NCBI RefSeq assembly: GCF_032191835.1
Contig: NC_083235.1
Location: forward strand, 18,228,001-18,292,000
Source of the DNA: Heteronotia binoei
Taxonomy: Eukaryota
Direction of reading: 5' to 3'
Length of the DNA: 64,000 nucleotides
The stretch's first letter is position 1, and each line of letters opens with the position of its first letter. Positions 1 to 12,664 of the stretch are shown here, one piece after another. The notes below the pieces were generated by a model. That model made no database searches. It was not told the DNA's origin and saw only the letters and a program-made list of their open reading frames with translations. The position numbers were made by a program, and so were the translations under genes.

Positions 1-18
1 ACCAAGGAAAGGGCGTGC

Positions 19-1356
19 GTGGTTGTGGAGGAAGTGCACTCTGTCCCAAGCGCCTATCGTGACCTGATGGAGGTGTTTAGCGAGCGAGAGGCTAACCAAC
101 TACCCCCCCCCCACCGAAGCACTGACTGCACCATAGAACTGATCCCGGGGGAGAGCTTGCCCCGAGCCAAACTCTACCAGATGGGGTGGGTGGAGAAGAA
201 GGAGCTACGCAAATTCTTAGACCAGAACCTGGAGCGGGGCTTCATAAGGCCCGCTACGGCCCCCCACGCGGCCCCCGTGTTGTTCCGCAAGAAAAAGGAC
301 GGCTCGCTTAGACTTTGCACTGATTTTCGCGGGATAAATGCGATTTCCATGTCCAACGCCTACCCCATCTCCCTCATCCGAGACTTATTAAACACGGTGT
401 CGGGGGGGGGGGGAATCTTTACAAAGCTGGACTTAAGAGACGCGTACTTCCGAGTGCGCATCAAGGAGGGGGATGAGTGGAAAACGGCGTTCAACACCCC
501 GATGGGCCAGTTTGAGTACCTGGTCATGCCGTTCGGACTACAGGGAGTGCCGGGGGTGTTTATGAATTTCATAAATGATGTGCTTAGAAAATTTTTGTAT
601 AAGGGGGTGGTGGTGTACCTGGATGACATCATTATTTACTCCCCGGACGAGCAGTCCCATGTGAAATTGGTGAGTATCCTGTTGGAACACCAACTCTACG
701 CCAAGCTATCCAAATGCGAGTTCCACCGCACGAACTAGACTACCTGGGGTTTCGAGTGTCCAGGGAAGGTTTAGCCATGGACCCTGCAAAGGTGCAAGCG
801 GTATTGGAGTGGGCCCCCCCGAGAACACGTAGGCAGCTCCAATCTTTTCTCGGGTTCGCCAATTTCTACCGGAGGTTCATAGAGGGGTTCGCCCAAATCG
901 CCCTGCCCCTGACAGAGTTGTTAAAAACCAAGGGGAAGGGGCTGGATGCCAAGCGGCCGGGAGCCCGGTTAAATTGGACCCCCCACTGCCAGGCCGCTTT
1001 CGACCAGCTCAAGCGCCTTTTCACTAGCGAGCCGGTCCTAAGCCACCCCGACGAGCAGAAAGCCTTTGTGGTGCAATGTGACGCCTCCAATGTAGCCGTA
1101 GGAGCCATTCTCATGCAGAAAGATGGGGAGGGGAAACTACAACCCTGTGCCTATATCTCCCGCAAGTTCTCGGACGAACAGCGCAATTGGTCCGTGTGGG
1201 ACAAGGAGGCGTTCACAGTCATGTTCGCTCTAAAGACTTGGCGGTCCTGGCTTGAGGGGGCGAAAGTGCCGTTCGAGGTGTAGACGGACCATAAGAACCT
1301 CGAGGCCCTCACGGGGAAAAGAAAATTGAGTGAGAAACAGATTCGGTGGGCGGGCT
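19..1356 (+). pseudogene. Gypsy pol fragment: reverse transcriptase + RNase H, disrupted
   Basis: ORFs 19-738 and 714-1283 carry RT/RH motifs in different frames; in-frame TAG at 1281-1283. Confidence 0.92.
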
Positions 1357-1422
1357 TAAGAAAAGCCATGTTAGATCAGGCCAATGGCCCATCCAGTCCA
1401 ACATTCTGTGTCACACAGCGGC

Positions 1423-1489
<67 letters not shown>

Positions 1490-1895
1490 TGTGGCTAATA
1501 GCCACTGATGGACCTCTGCTCCATATTTTTATCTAACCCCTTCTTGAAGGTGGCTATGCTTGTGGACACCACCACCTCCTGTGGCAGTGAATTCCACATG
1601 TTAATCACCCTTTGGGTGAAGAAGTACTTCCTTTTATCCGTTTTAACCTGTCTGCTCGGCGATTTCATCAAATGCCCACGAGTTCTCGTATTGTGAGAAA
1701 GGGAGAAAAGTACTTCTTTCTCTACTTTCTCCATCCCATGCATTATCTTGTAAACTTCTATCATGTCACCCCGCAGTCGACGTTTCTCCAAGCTAAAGAG
1801 CCCTAAGCGTTTCAACCTTTCTTCATAGGGAAGGTGTTCCAGCCCTTTAATCATTTTAGTTGCCCTTTTCTGAACTTTTCTGAACTTTCTCCAAG
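1357..1895 (-). mobile_element. 5'-truncated CR1 LINE 3' fragment inserted in Gypsy RNase H
   Basis: ORF 1495-1854 ([28 protein letters not shown]) is the CR1 ORF2 C-terminus; 3' UTR has (TA)n(CA)n; the host frame joins as IRWAG-FFSKFDFTLKHIPG. Confidence 0.93.
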
Positions 1896-1896
1896 T

Positions 1897-3380
1897 TCTT
1901 CTCTAAGTTCGATTTCACCCTGAAACACATCCCGGGGACCCGAAACTTTCTGGCTGACGCTCTATCCCGGCTCCCGCAACACGAGAGCCAAAGGGAGAAG
2001 GTGGTGGACTCACTAATCTCACCCACCCAGGTGGCGGGCATGGTCACCACCCGATCCCAAAAGAAGAGGGAACTAGGAGGGGTCAGCAGCGAGCGCATCG
2101 CTCTGGAGGCCAAAAGGGAGGGAGGAGGGCGGCCCGAGGGGGTGCAGAAGGAAAAAGATGGACTGTGGTATAAAGGGGAAAAACTATATATTCCGAAAAG
2201 TCTGAGGCGAGAGATTTTGCAGCTCTGTCACTCGTCCAAACTAGCGGGACACTTTGGCTATGTGAAAACCCTCCATCTGGTAAATCGGCAGTACTGGTGG
2301 CCGTCCCTCCGGAAGGACGTGTCCGATTTCGTGACAGGCTGCCCGGTGTGCATCATGGCTAAGAAAAGGGGGGGAAACCCCCCTGGCTCCTACAGCCTCT
2401 AGAAACGGCTACACGCCCCTAGGCATCTATGGACTTCATAGTGGAGCTACCCCCCTCCAGAGGGAAGATGGTGATTTTGGTAGTCGTGGACACGTTCTCA
2501 AAACAAGGCCACTTCATCCCCTGTGCTCAGTTGCCCACTGCAAAGAAGCTAGCGGCCCTGTTTTTTGATCACGTGGTAAAACTACACTCATTCCCAGATA
2601 AGGTCATTAGCGACCGCGGGCCGCAGTTCGTTGCCACCTTCTGGTGGGAGTTCTGCAAGCTAATGGGGATCGAGCAGGGGCTGAGCTCGGCCTATCACCC
2701 CCAGACAGATGGGCAGACGGAGAGGGTGAACGGGGTGCTGGAACAATACTTAAGGTGTTTTATCAACCAGCGCCAGACCGACTGGGTGGACCTACTCCCC
2801 TTTGCTGAATATGGCTACAACAACAGTGTGCATAGCTCCACCAAAGCCTCCCCCTTCGCCACGGTGTTTGGTTACGAAGGGAAACCAGTTCCCCTACTAC
2901 CAGGGGGGGAAACCCAGGGAGCACCCTCAGCCTTTAAGCAATGGTGGCAGGGTCCCAGCCAAAGTTGGCCAGCCATTCAAGAGAACCTAGAGGCCGCCAA
3001 GGAAGCTTATAAAAAGCAGTACGACAAGTCCCATGTACCAGCCTGGGACTTCAAGGTCGGAGACTCAGTATTTCTATCAACCAAGAATCTACCTCTCTCT
3101 CAACCATCTAGGAAACTGGCTTGTAAAGTCCTAGGTCCCTTCAGAATCAAAAGGGTAATTAATCCAGTGACTGTAGAACTGGACTTGCCACCTGCCCTTG
3201 GTAAAATCCACCCTGTATTTCATTGCAGCTTGCTCCATCGGGATCCGGGGCCCTCGAGTTGGCATCCTCAACCACCAGGAGCCCTCCCTCTTCCGGGGAG
3301 CGACCAAAGCCTGTCGGCCCACGAGGTCCTGGACTATAAACACGATCGACCCCTTCCACAGCCCCGGGCCGTGGAGGGAG
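1897..3380 (+). pseudogene. Gypsy integrase, frameshifted
   Basis: HHCC finger (CHSSKLAGH...CPVC), DDE core (MDFIV, SDRG, TERVN), GPF/Y module (VLGPFRIKRVINPVTVELDLP); frameshift near 2390-2430. Confidence 0.9.
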
Positions 3381-3397
3381 CCTGGGGGGGGGCAGCA

Positions 3398-3805
3398 TGT
3401 CAAGTCTGCTTTAATTCTGGTCAAGTCTGTACCCAAACTTTGATTCAGAAGAGATGTATCCTGGGTAAAGTCATATTATATTCCAATGCTGCTAGCTTGA
3501 TCCTTCCTCACCCCCCTCCGTTCCTTTGTTATGTAGTGTTGCTTTGAAATGGGAATATGGGAGAGATTACAGAGCCTTCTCAGGCAAGGGTGCCGGGGGA
3601 GTCGGAAGGCGGGTAGGCACTCAAGGCCACACCAGCCCTGAGAACGAAATGGTAACATCAATGTGTGAATGTGCCCTGCATAGAGAACCCCTCCCTCAAG
3701 AATCCCTTTGAAGTGTACCTTAAATGCAGACCTTACTGGATGCTATTCAGTCTTTCAATCTCTGCTGTAGTCGATAGTCATGATAACAATAAACTAGTAA
3801 CTTTG
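3398..3805 (+). repeat. Probable 3' LTR of the Gypsy element, right end lost
   Basis: Starts TGTCAAG right after the PPT; AATAAA near its end; no partner LTR in the window. Confidence 0.6.
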
Positions 3806-3819
3806 TTCACTGCCACAGG

Positions 3820-3875
<56 letters not shown>

Positions 3876-3877
3876 TG

Positions 3878-6842
3878 TAGCTAATAGACGCTGATGGACC
3901 TCTGCTCCATATTTTTATCTAACCCACTCTTGAAGCTGGCTATACCTGTAGCCGCCACCACCTCCTGTGGCAGTGAATTCCACATGTTAATCACCCTTTG
4001 GGTGAAGAAGTACCTCCTTTTATCCGTTCTAACCTGACTGCTCAGCAATTTCATTGAATGCCCATGAGTTCTTGTATTGTGAGAAAGGGAGAAAAGTACT
4101 TCTTTCTTTACCTTCTCCATCCCATGCATAATCTTGTAAACCTCTATCATGTCACCCCGCAGTCGACGTTTCTCCAAGCTAAAGAGCCCAGCATTTCAAC
4201 CTTTCTTCATAGGGAAAGTGTTCCAAACCTGTAATCATTCTAGTTGCCCTTTTCTGCACTTTTTTCAATACTATAATATCCTTTTTGAGGTGCGGTGACC
4301 AGAATTGCACACAGTATTCCAAATGAGACCGCACCATCGATTTATAGAGGGGCATTATGATACTGGCTGATTTGTTTTCAATTCCCTTCCTAATAATACC
4401 CAGCATGGTGTTGGCCTTTTTTATTGCAATCACACACTGTCTTGACATTTTCAGTGACTTATCTACCACGACCCCAAGATCTCTCTCTTGGTCGGTCTCT
4501 GCCAGTTCACACCCCATCAACTTGTATTTGCAGATGGGATTCTTGGCCCCAATGTGCATTACTTTGCATTTGGCCACATTGAACCTCATCTGTCACGTTG
4601 ACGCCCACTCACCCAGCCTCAACAGATCCCTTTGGAGTGCCTCACAATCCTCTCTGGTTCTTACCACCCTGAACAATTTAGTGTCATACGCAAACTTTGC
4701 CACTTCACTGCTTACTCTCAACTCCAAATCATTTATGAACAAGTTAAAGAGCATGGGACCCAGTACTGAGCCCTGCGGCGTTCCACTGCTTACCGTCCTC
4801 CGCTGCGAAGACTGCCCATTTATACTCACTCTGCTTTCTATTAATTAGCCAGTTTTTGATCCACAAGAGGACCTGTCCTTTTACTCCATGACTCTCGAGC
4901 TTACTAAGGAGCCTTTGATGAGGAACTTTATCAAAAGCTTTCTGGAAGTCAAAGTAAACAATATCTATCGGGTCTCCTTTGTCCACATGTTTGTTCACCC
5001 CCTCGAAGAAATGTAACAGGTTAGTGAGGCAAGATCTTCCCTTACAGAACCCATGCTGAGTCTTCCTCAATAACTCGTGTTCATCAATGTGCCTACTCAT
5101 TCTGTCCTTGATAATGGTTTCTACCAACTTTCCTGGTATTGAAGTCAGACTGACTGGCCTGCAGTTACCCGGATCTCTTCTGGAATCCTTTTTAAAGATG
5201 GGGGTGACATTTGCTCCTTCCAGTCCTCAGAAACGAAGGCAGATTTCAATGAAAGAGTACATATTTTTGTCAGAAGATCCACAAGTTCAACTTTGAGTTC
5301 TTTCAGAACTCTTGGATGTATGCCATCCGGACCTGGTGACTTATTAGTTTTTAATTCGTCCATCAGTTGTAGGACCTCCTCTCTTGTCACCTCAATCTGA
5401 CTCAGGTCTTTCAACACCCCTTCCAATAGAAGTGGTTCCAGAGCAGGCAAACACTTCTCATCTTCCACAGTGAAGATGGAGGCAAAAAATTCATTTAGCT
5501 TCTCAGCCATTTCCCTATCCTCCTTCAGTAATCCTTTGACCCCTTGGTCATCCAAGGTCCCTACTGCCTCCCTGGCTGGTTTCCTGCTTCTAATATATTT
5601 GAAGAAATTTTTATTGTTGGTCTTTATGTTTTTTGCAATATGCTCCTCATAGTCCCTTTTTGCCTGCCTGATCTCATTCTTACATTTGATTTGCCATTGC
5701 CTGTGTTTCCTTTTATTAATCTCACTCGGACTAGCTTTCCACCACTTAAAGGAATCCTCCTTACCTTTTACAGCTTCCATTACTTTGTTTGTTAACCATG
5801 CAGGCCTTCTCTTATACCTGTTTGTGCCTTTCCTAACTTGTGGTATATATTTTATCTGTGCTTCTAGGATTGTAGTTTTAAATATTCTCCAAGCTTCCCC
5901 ACGGGTTTTGACCGTATTTACCTTTCCTTTCAGTTTTCTCTTCACATGCCTCCGCATCTCAGAGAATTTACCCCTTTTAAAGTTAAACTTGGTCGTGCCG
6001 GTCTTTCGGGGCAACTCTCTATTTATACAAATAGTGAAATCAATAACGTTATGGTCACTGCTCCCAAGTGGTGCAATCACTTTTACATCTCTCACCAGGT
6101 CTTGGGCATTACATAGGACCAAATCCAGGATCGCTCCACCCCTGGTAGGTTCTGTGACCATCTGCTCCATAGCACAGTCATTGAGAGCATCTAAAAACTC
6201 AGTCTATTTCTCTCGACCAGAACACATATTGACCCAATCAATCTGCTGGTAGTTAAAATCACCTATGATGACACAGTTTTTTTGCCTAGTCACCATCTTT
6301 AAGCCTTCCATCATATTATAGTCGTCCTCTGTCTTTTGATTTGGTGGGCAATAACAAACTCCCATAGTTAAATTTCCTTTTGAGCCCTCTATTTCAACCC
6401 AAAGCATTTCTATAAGGGAGTCCAATTCTCTGGCCTCAGTCTTACTGGATCGTATACCCTCTCTGACATACAGAGCCACCCCACCTCCAACCCTTCCCTC
6501 CCTATCCTTCCAATATAACTTATATCCAGGAATCACCATGTCCCACTGATTTTCCTCATTCCACCAAGTTTCTGAAATTCCCACAATGTCTATGTTTCCC
6601 CCCAACACTAAACATTCCAACTCACCAATTTTACTTCAAAGACTTCTAGCATTTGTGTACAAACATCTATAATTTCCCAGGCAAGCTAGGCCCGCCACCT
6701 TCCTCCTGCCGCCTCGAGACTCTGGCAGGCAGTCCATTCTGTTTGTCACCGTCTTAGTGGACAACTCTGTTCCATTACCTGGTAGAAAAGTATCGGCTAA
6801 CCCTTCATGTCTTTGAGATGAGTCTTCCCGAATCAGAGACAT
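3878..6842 (-). pseudogene. CR1 ORF2 (APE endonuclease + RT), disrupted
   Basis: Six minus-strand ORF pieces (6636-6842 to 3881-4177) concatenate into a CR1 ORF2. Confidence 0.92.
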
Positions 6843-6871
6843 TTCATCTCCTGTCGGCTTTCCCCCTAGAT

Positions 6872-7778
6872 TTAGTTTAAAAATTGTTCTGCCACCTTTT
6901 TGATTTTAAGTGCCAGCAGCCTGGTTCCATCTAGGGACAAGTGGAGACCATCTTTTTTGTACAGCTCCCACTTGTTCCAGAAAGCATCCCAGTGCCTAAC
7001 AAACTTAAACCCTTCCTCCTTGCACCATCGTCTCATCCACACATTGAGACTTCTAATTTGTGCCTGTCTCTCCAGCCCTGCACGTGGAACAGGTAGCACT
7101 TCCGAGAAGGCTACCTTGGAGGTCCTGGCCTTAAGTTTCCCACCTAGCAGCCTAAATTTTTCTTCCAGGACCTCACGACTGTTTCCCCACATCATTGGCT
7201 CCAACATGCACCACGACCACCGGCTCCTCCCCAGCACTGTCTATCAGCCTATCTACTACACGCGTAATGTCTGCTACCTTCACACCAGGCAGGCAAGTCA
7301 CCATACGGTCAGTACGCGGTTTTGCCACCCAGCTGTCTACTTGCCTAAGGATCGAATCACCAACTACCAAGACCCTCCCTCTCTACCCGCCCAGGGATGG
7401 CTCCTTGGCGCGAAAGGATACCCGCTCACCAACCGAAGAAGAGGTCCCTTCTGAGGGCGCATTCCCCTTTCCCTCAGCCTGGTGCCCTGTTCCCTCTCGA
7501 CCCTCATGCTCCCTGGCAGCAACGGGGCTGCCACGTTCAGAGCAGGGCTCAACTAACACGTCCCCAAGAGTTTTCTGCAAGTGCCTAACTGACTGTCTCT
7601 GCTTCTCCAAATCAGTCACCTCAGCCTCAAGGGTACGAAGTCATTCCCTGAGGACCAGGAGCTCCTTGCATCGAGCACACACCCAAGACTTCTGTCCTAT
7701 GGGCAGATAGTCATACATGTGACACACAGTGCAAAACACTGGAAAGCCCCCACCCCCCTGCTGGCATTCTACCTTCAT
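6872..7778 (-). pseudogene. CR1 ORF1 (Zn-binding region + esterase), disrupted
   Basis: ATG at 7778 reads MKVECQQ...CTVCHMY...CARCKELLVLRE* (premature TGA); esterase pieces in ORFs 7173-7370 and 6872-7237. Confidence 0.85.
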
Positions 7779-8169
7779 GATAGCTTTTTAAAAATATGCA
7801 GTCTCTTTTTAAACCCTGTTTAAAAAGGAGAATGAATGGAGGAATGCATTCTTGTCGATTTTCCTGGACCCATCAATGGTTTTCAAAACCATAATCATGA
7901 TATCCTTCTTGAGAGGTTGGGTGGGCTGGAAATAGGGGAAACCATTCTTTGGTGATGATGCTCTTACTTGATTCACCAATTCCAGAAAGTGGTGCTGATA
8001 GGATTGCTGCTGAGCCTCATAGCATTTATGTAATGGACTCACAAAGGGCTCTATCTTATCCATTGCACTACCAAACATCTACATGAAACCTCTGTGAGTG
8101 GTCATCTGGAGACTTGGAGTGCGGTGCCACCAACAGGCAGGTGACACCCAGCTCTCTTTCTTCTTAACA

Positions 8170-8870
8170 GCTAAGTAAGGTGGGTCTGCAGAAGTCCTGA
8201 AGAGGTGTCTGGAGAAGCTAATGTGATAGAGGAGAGCCAATAAGCTGAAACTCAATCCAGGCAAGACCAAGGTGTTTTTCGGTCAATGGAGACTGCTTGG
8301 GGACTATGAAGTCAGTCTGTCCTGGACAGGGTTGCACTCCCTCTGAAGGAGAACACTTGTAGTTTGGAGGGTGCTATTGCTCCTTGGCCTTTGGTCTCTT
8401 TCATGGCCCATCGCACCTTTAATAAGGTTCACCTGCTTTGCCACCTACAGGCATTCCTCAAAAAGCATGATCTGCCCACAGTGATCACATGCACGTTAGT
8501 TTACTGTAATGCCCTCTAGGTGAAGCTGCCTCCAAAAACAGTTCTGAAACTTCAATTGGTCAAAAATGTAGCACCCAGTCTCGTATCAAGGGTTGGTTAC
8601 AGGGATCATATCATTGCTCTGTGGAAATATCTGCACTGGTTACCCATCTGTTATTGGACACAATTCAACCTTGAAAGCTCTAAACAGTTTGAGGTACTTG
8701 ATGGACTGTCTCCTCCCATATTTTCCAGCCCACTAGTTAAGATCTGCCTCTCAAACCTTGTTTTCTGTGCCCCCACCTTCAGAGATGAGGCAGGTGGAGA
8801 TTAGAGACAGGGCTTTTCTTGTGGTGGCATCTCACCTTTGAAACTGCCTCCCACTTGAGGTTTGCCTGGT
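8170..8870 (+). mobile_element. Old L2 LINE 3' relic
   Basis: Degenerate ANKLKLNPGKTKV and KLQLVKNVA...LHWLPI motifs resembling the L2 at 51577-55030. Confidence 0.7.
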
Positions 8871-9934
8871 AGGGATTGACAAGGACTGTGGTAAAGCAGT
8901 TAAGTTCAAAATCTGTGGCAGCCCATAGATGAAATCCTGAAGTGAACCAAACTGGGAGGATTGTTAATGAATTAAAAAGCCATGGAGAGTGGAAAACAGG
9001 GTTTAAATGGTTCCAAGCCATTTAAACCAAACAACTGGACAGAGTGGAGCTTCCAGCCACTCAGCTGTTTCTCCTGAAGACCAGAAAGCAGGGGTTCACT
9101 TTCTGCTGTTCACAAACCATCATGAGCCACCAAGAATTGTGCCCAAAATTTGTGGTAGTTCATTCCGGTTCTTCAGTTCATGAACTTACCGTAGCTTTGC
9201 AAACCCCAAACAGGCAAAAAATTGCAACAAACTTCTGTTTGTCAGTCAGTTTGTGTCCATCCCTATTGCCTGATACCAACTTGATTTTCTTCTAGGTACC
9301 AGGTTCAAATACATCTTTTTACCTAGGCCTTTAATTAGGGGGTTTTATCTTATCAGCTTCTTAATAGTCTGCTTCTGAATAGTTTTATGCAGCTTATGTC
9401 CAACAGCTTGGTTTTTAATGGCTTGCATTTTAATGGTTTTTAAAATGTTGTGCTTCTTAATTCTAAGACACCTTGAGCAGGACTCTAACAAGGTGGCATA
9501 GAAACATTCTAGCTAAACAAATAATAAAAGGACAGGATACGCATGCATGATGCAAGCACATTCCATTTAAATTAGCAATAATGATAAAAGAATGACGTAG
9601 TTTCCCAAGTGACTTTTGCAAAGAAAAAATGTGCATTGATAGACTTGCAAATAATCACTGACAATCAAAGACTCTGATACATCTACACACTTTTGATCAC
9701 AGTCCAATGAAGAGTNNNNNNNNNNNNNNNNNNNNNNNNNNNNNNNNNNNNNNNNNNNNNNNNNNNNNNNNNNNNNNNNNNNNNNNNNNNNNNNNNNNNN
9801 NNNNNNNNNNNNNNNNNNNNNNNNNNNNNNNNNNNNNNNNNNNNNNNNNNNNNNNNNNNNNNNNNNNNNCCCTCCAAGGAGAAAAGTGGTCTTAATATGC
9901 ATCAGTATATCAATCATGGTTGAACTGTGCACTC

Positions 9935-10732
9935 TCTGTTGCCACCATTTTCCTAATAGGTTTATCTAATCCCTGGAGCTCTAATAAGACTAGATATGAT
10001 GCAACCAAACATTGAATTCCCTGAACAACAGAGTTTCTTTAAACAGAAAACTGAATCACTGGGAAGCAGCTTTCATTACCAGGAACTGAGACTACTTAAA
10101 CAGCTTGAAGATGAATTCTTGTCTTGATATCTTCCCCCCAAACAAAGTCCTGGGGAAGGGGCTGGCATTCCATGCTCCCTTGTTTGTTCACCTTCAGCTG
10201 CTGTTCTAGTATCTGAAAAACTTTACATTCCAGATTGTCTACCTGAAGTAAAAATCTTCCAGTGGTTCAAATAATTTTACTTCCTCCAACATGGAGGAGT
10301 GTTTGGCATATTCCTGACACAAAGACAGGAAAGGAGATTTTTGAGGAATTCATTTTCAGAAGTTCGCTCCCTGTCTGCTTCTCATGAACCTGCCTTGTAC
10401 TGAATCAGGCCATCAGTCCATCAAGGTCAGTATTATCTACACTCTCTGTCAGTGGTGTTCTAGGCTTCAAGTAGACCTTTTTCATATCACCTATTTCCAC
10501 ATCCTTTTAACTGGAGATGCCAGAGATTGAACCTGGGACCTTCTACATGTCAAGCAGAGGCTTTACCACAACCATGGACCCTCCTCAAGAGTGTCTGGGA
10601 AGCTTAGGTTCTAATCTCCATTCTGTCATGAAGCTCACTAGGTGATCTTTGGCCAGTCACTCTATCTCAGCTGAAATTACCTCACAGAGTTCTTGTGAGG
10701 AAAAAATGAGGGGGAGAACAAAGTATGCTGCT
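9935..10732 (+). repeat. OR cassette upstream block A, copy 1
   Basis: Homologous to the copies at 20465, 27040, 43010, 56225 and 62260; shares an old tRNA-head SINE and a MIR-like segment. Confidence 0.85.
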
Positions 10733-10930
10733 CTGGAATGGCCTTGGGTCAGCCATAGCTCTCGCAGGAGTTGTCTTTGAAAGGGCAGCTTCTGTGAGAC
10801 CTCTCTCAGCCCCACCTACCCCACAGGGTGCCTGTCATGGTGGGGGGAAGGTAAAGTAGATTGTAAGCAGCTCTGAGTCTCTGATTCAGAGAGAAGGGTG
10901 GGGTATAAATCTGCAGTTTTCTTGTTCTTC
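10733..10930 (+). mobile_element. 5'-truncated tRNA-derived SINE with L2-like tail (Squam3/MIR-related type)
   Basis: Near-identical to the copies at 18461, 52585 and 56341; (TTC)-type tail. Confidence 0.8.
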
Positions 10931-12664
10931 GTCTCTTTCTGCCGGCTTACTTTGGGACAGGAGACTGCCACCCCAAGCTGCCAGTATGGACCCAGTCTTA
11001 GAAAACTATTTTTTTTACCATGTCCCAAGGGAAGTTATTTTAGAGAAACTACACAGGGGAGAAGCATGGATTCCTCTCCCCAGCACCAGAGCCCTGACAT
11101 AAATTTTGGTCTTTGGTAAAATCCTGTCTTTAGTTTGGAAGATTGCGGAAAATAAAATGGGTTAGGGTTGAAAGACTCATATAGAAAGGAGGGAATAAAA
11201 AATTATTTGAATGATGTGGGCAGGCCATGCACATAATGTCTGACACCCCAGAAAATGTTTCTGAAATATTGGTCGTCAGCTTCCCATACGTTCTCAGACA
11301 AATACTAGCAGGAGAATTGAAAACATCAGCTATACCATCTTAGGCTTGTGCACTTTGTTCATTCTCCTACAGATACTTTTAAAATGCAACAATCCATCAT
11401 CAGAGCAAACAATACATCTAATTCTCAAATTAAAAACAAATGAAGGAAGAGAAAGTGCATGGTTATGCTGTTCTCATCCATTCATTTCTAACAACTTAAG
11501 GCCACTTCTATTATCTAATATGCCCTTAAAATTTTGAATTGCTGTTGGTTTGATTACTGATAACAATTCTTACATCTTTAAGAACCATTCTAATGTGTTA
11601 GGTAATGCCGGCTGTTTCCCATCTCACACAAATACCATCCTCAGAAAGATCTGAGCATACAGCAGTACACCTCTGGGATCAGTAGCTTTAAATAGTAACA
11701 TAATTTCTGAGAGAAATGTCAGGTTTCAAATTAAGAACCAGTCCCCATATCTCAGAAACGGTCTTTTGTCTTGCTATCATGTATCCAGGCCTTGGATTCA
11801 GCCGGAGCTCACAAGAGCACAGCTCCTGAACCTTTCTTGAGGGTTCCCTCTCCTCCTCCCCACCTTGTCTTGAAAAGCAGCTGCAGCTGCATAACAATCC
11901 CTGGATGAGCACCACTACCTATTTTTCTACAAAATGACCCCTGCATGTATCTACAAGCTTTGGTGCTCTCAGAAAATAGGAAAGATGCTGCACAAAATAA
12001 TATATGAACAGAGAACTGTTTTAAAAAAAAAAAAACGAAAACAAACTATTTCCAGAAACCGGTGTGGGAATGTTTTAATATTCCAGGACATACTGCAAAA
12101 GGGAATTTGAAAGGAAAATCCAATGCTGGTTGGAAACCATAACCCAAAAGAGATCAATCCAGTCAAAGCAGAAGAGGACTGCTGGAGATGAGCCCAGCAG
12201 CATTAAAAAAAATCAGATGAAACCCAAGGAAGGTGCAAGGTAAAACATGGCAAGAAGGACAAATTAACATCTGTAAAAGCCAAATGGTTGTCGCTCTCAC
12301 TGTTTCCAGATCACATGGTTCTGTTTGCCATGTTTCACACTGCACTTTCTTTAATTTCACATGACTTTATGATGATCCTGCTCTGCTTGTCTTCAGCAAT
12401 CTGGAGTAGTCCTTGACAACTATGAATGGATAGATTTCTCTTTGCTTGGTTATTGTTTCCAGCTGAATTCCCTGTGGAAGATCTCCCTGCTCCAGCACTT
12501 CTGTTGCTTGTAATTTACAAATTACATAAAAATTAGCTCCTTAGGATATACCATCTATGCATCTGATGGAATTCTGACTTCCAAAAGCTTACTTGGGAGT
12601 GAGGTGGGGATGTTATTCATTAAGATACCATTGCACTTCTGCTTAACTGAGCTTCCCACCCACC

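Larger units (their letters stand above)
1..3805 (+). mobile_element. Decayed Ty3/Gypsy (sushi-like) LTR retrotransposon, pol to 3' LTR; starts before the window
   Basis: RT (LRLCTDFRGIN, VVVYLDDIIIYS), RNase H (VVQCDASNVAVGAIL, TDHKNL after a stop) and integrase in the order RT-RH-IN, with frameshifts and stops. G-rich PPT ~3373-3392, then TG start at 3398 and AATAAA near 3788. Confidence 0.93.
3824..7790 (-). mobile_element. Near full-length CR1 LINE, decayed, extreme 3' end missing
   Basis: ORF1 with Cys-rich N-terminus and SGNH esterase motifs (GDSIL, VHVGAND, DGLHL); ORF2 APE (VGISETWW, IIGDFN) and RT (PQGSVLGP, AYDTKL); several frameshifts and stops. Confidence 0.95.

Noticed and set aside
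3300-3380. Chromodomain at the integrase C-terminus
   Set aside because: Only a faint HEVLDYK resemblance; too short and degenerate to call.
7809-8078. 89-aa minus-strand ORF next to the CR1 5' end
   Set aside because: No recognisable motif or splice context; it may be decayed TE sequence but could not be assigned without a search.
9567-9932. ORFs spanning N runs (also 15589, 18184, 40907, 41017)
   Set aside because: They are open only because N codons contain no stops.
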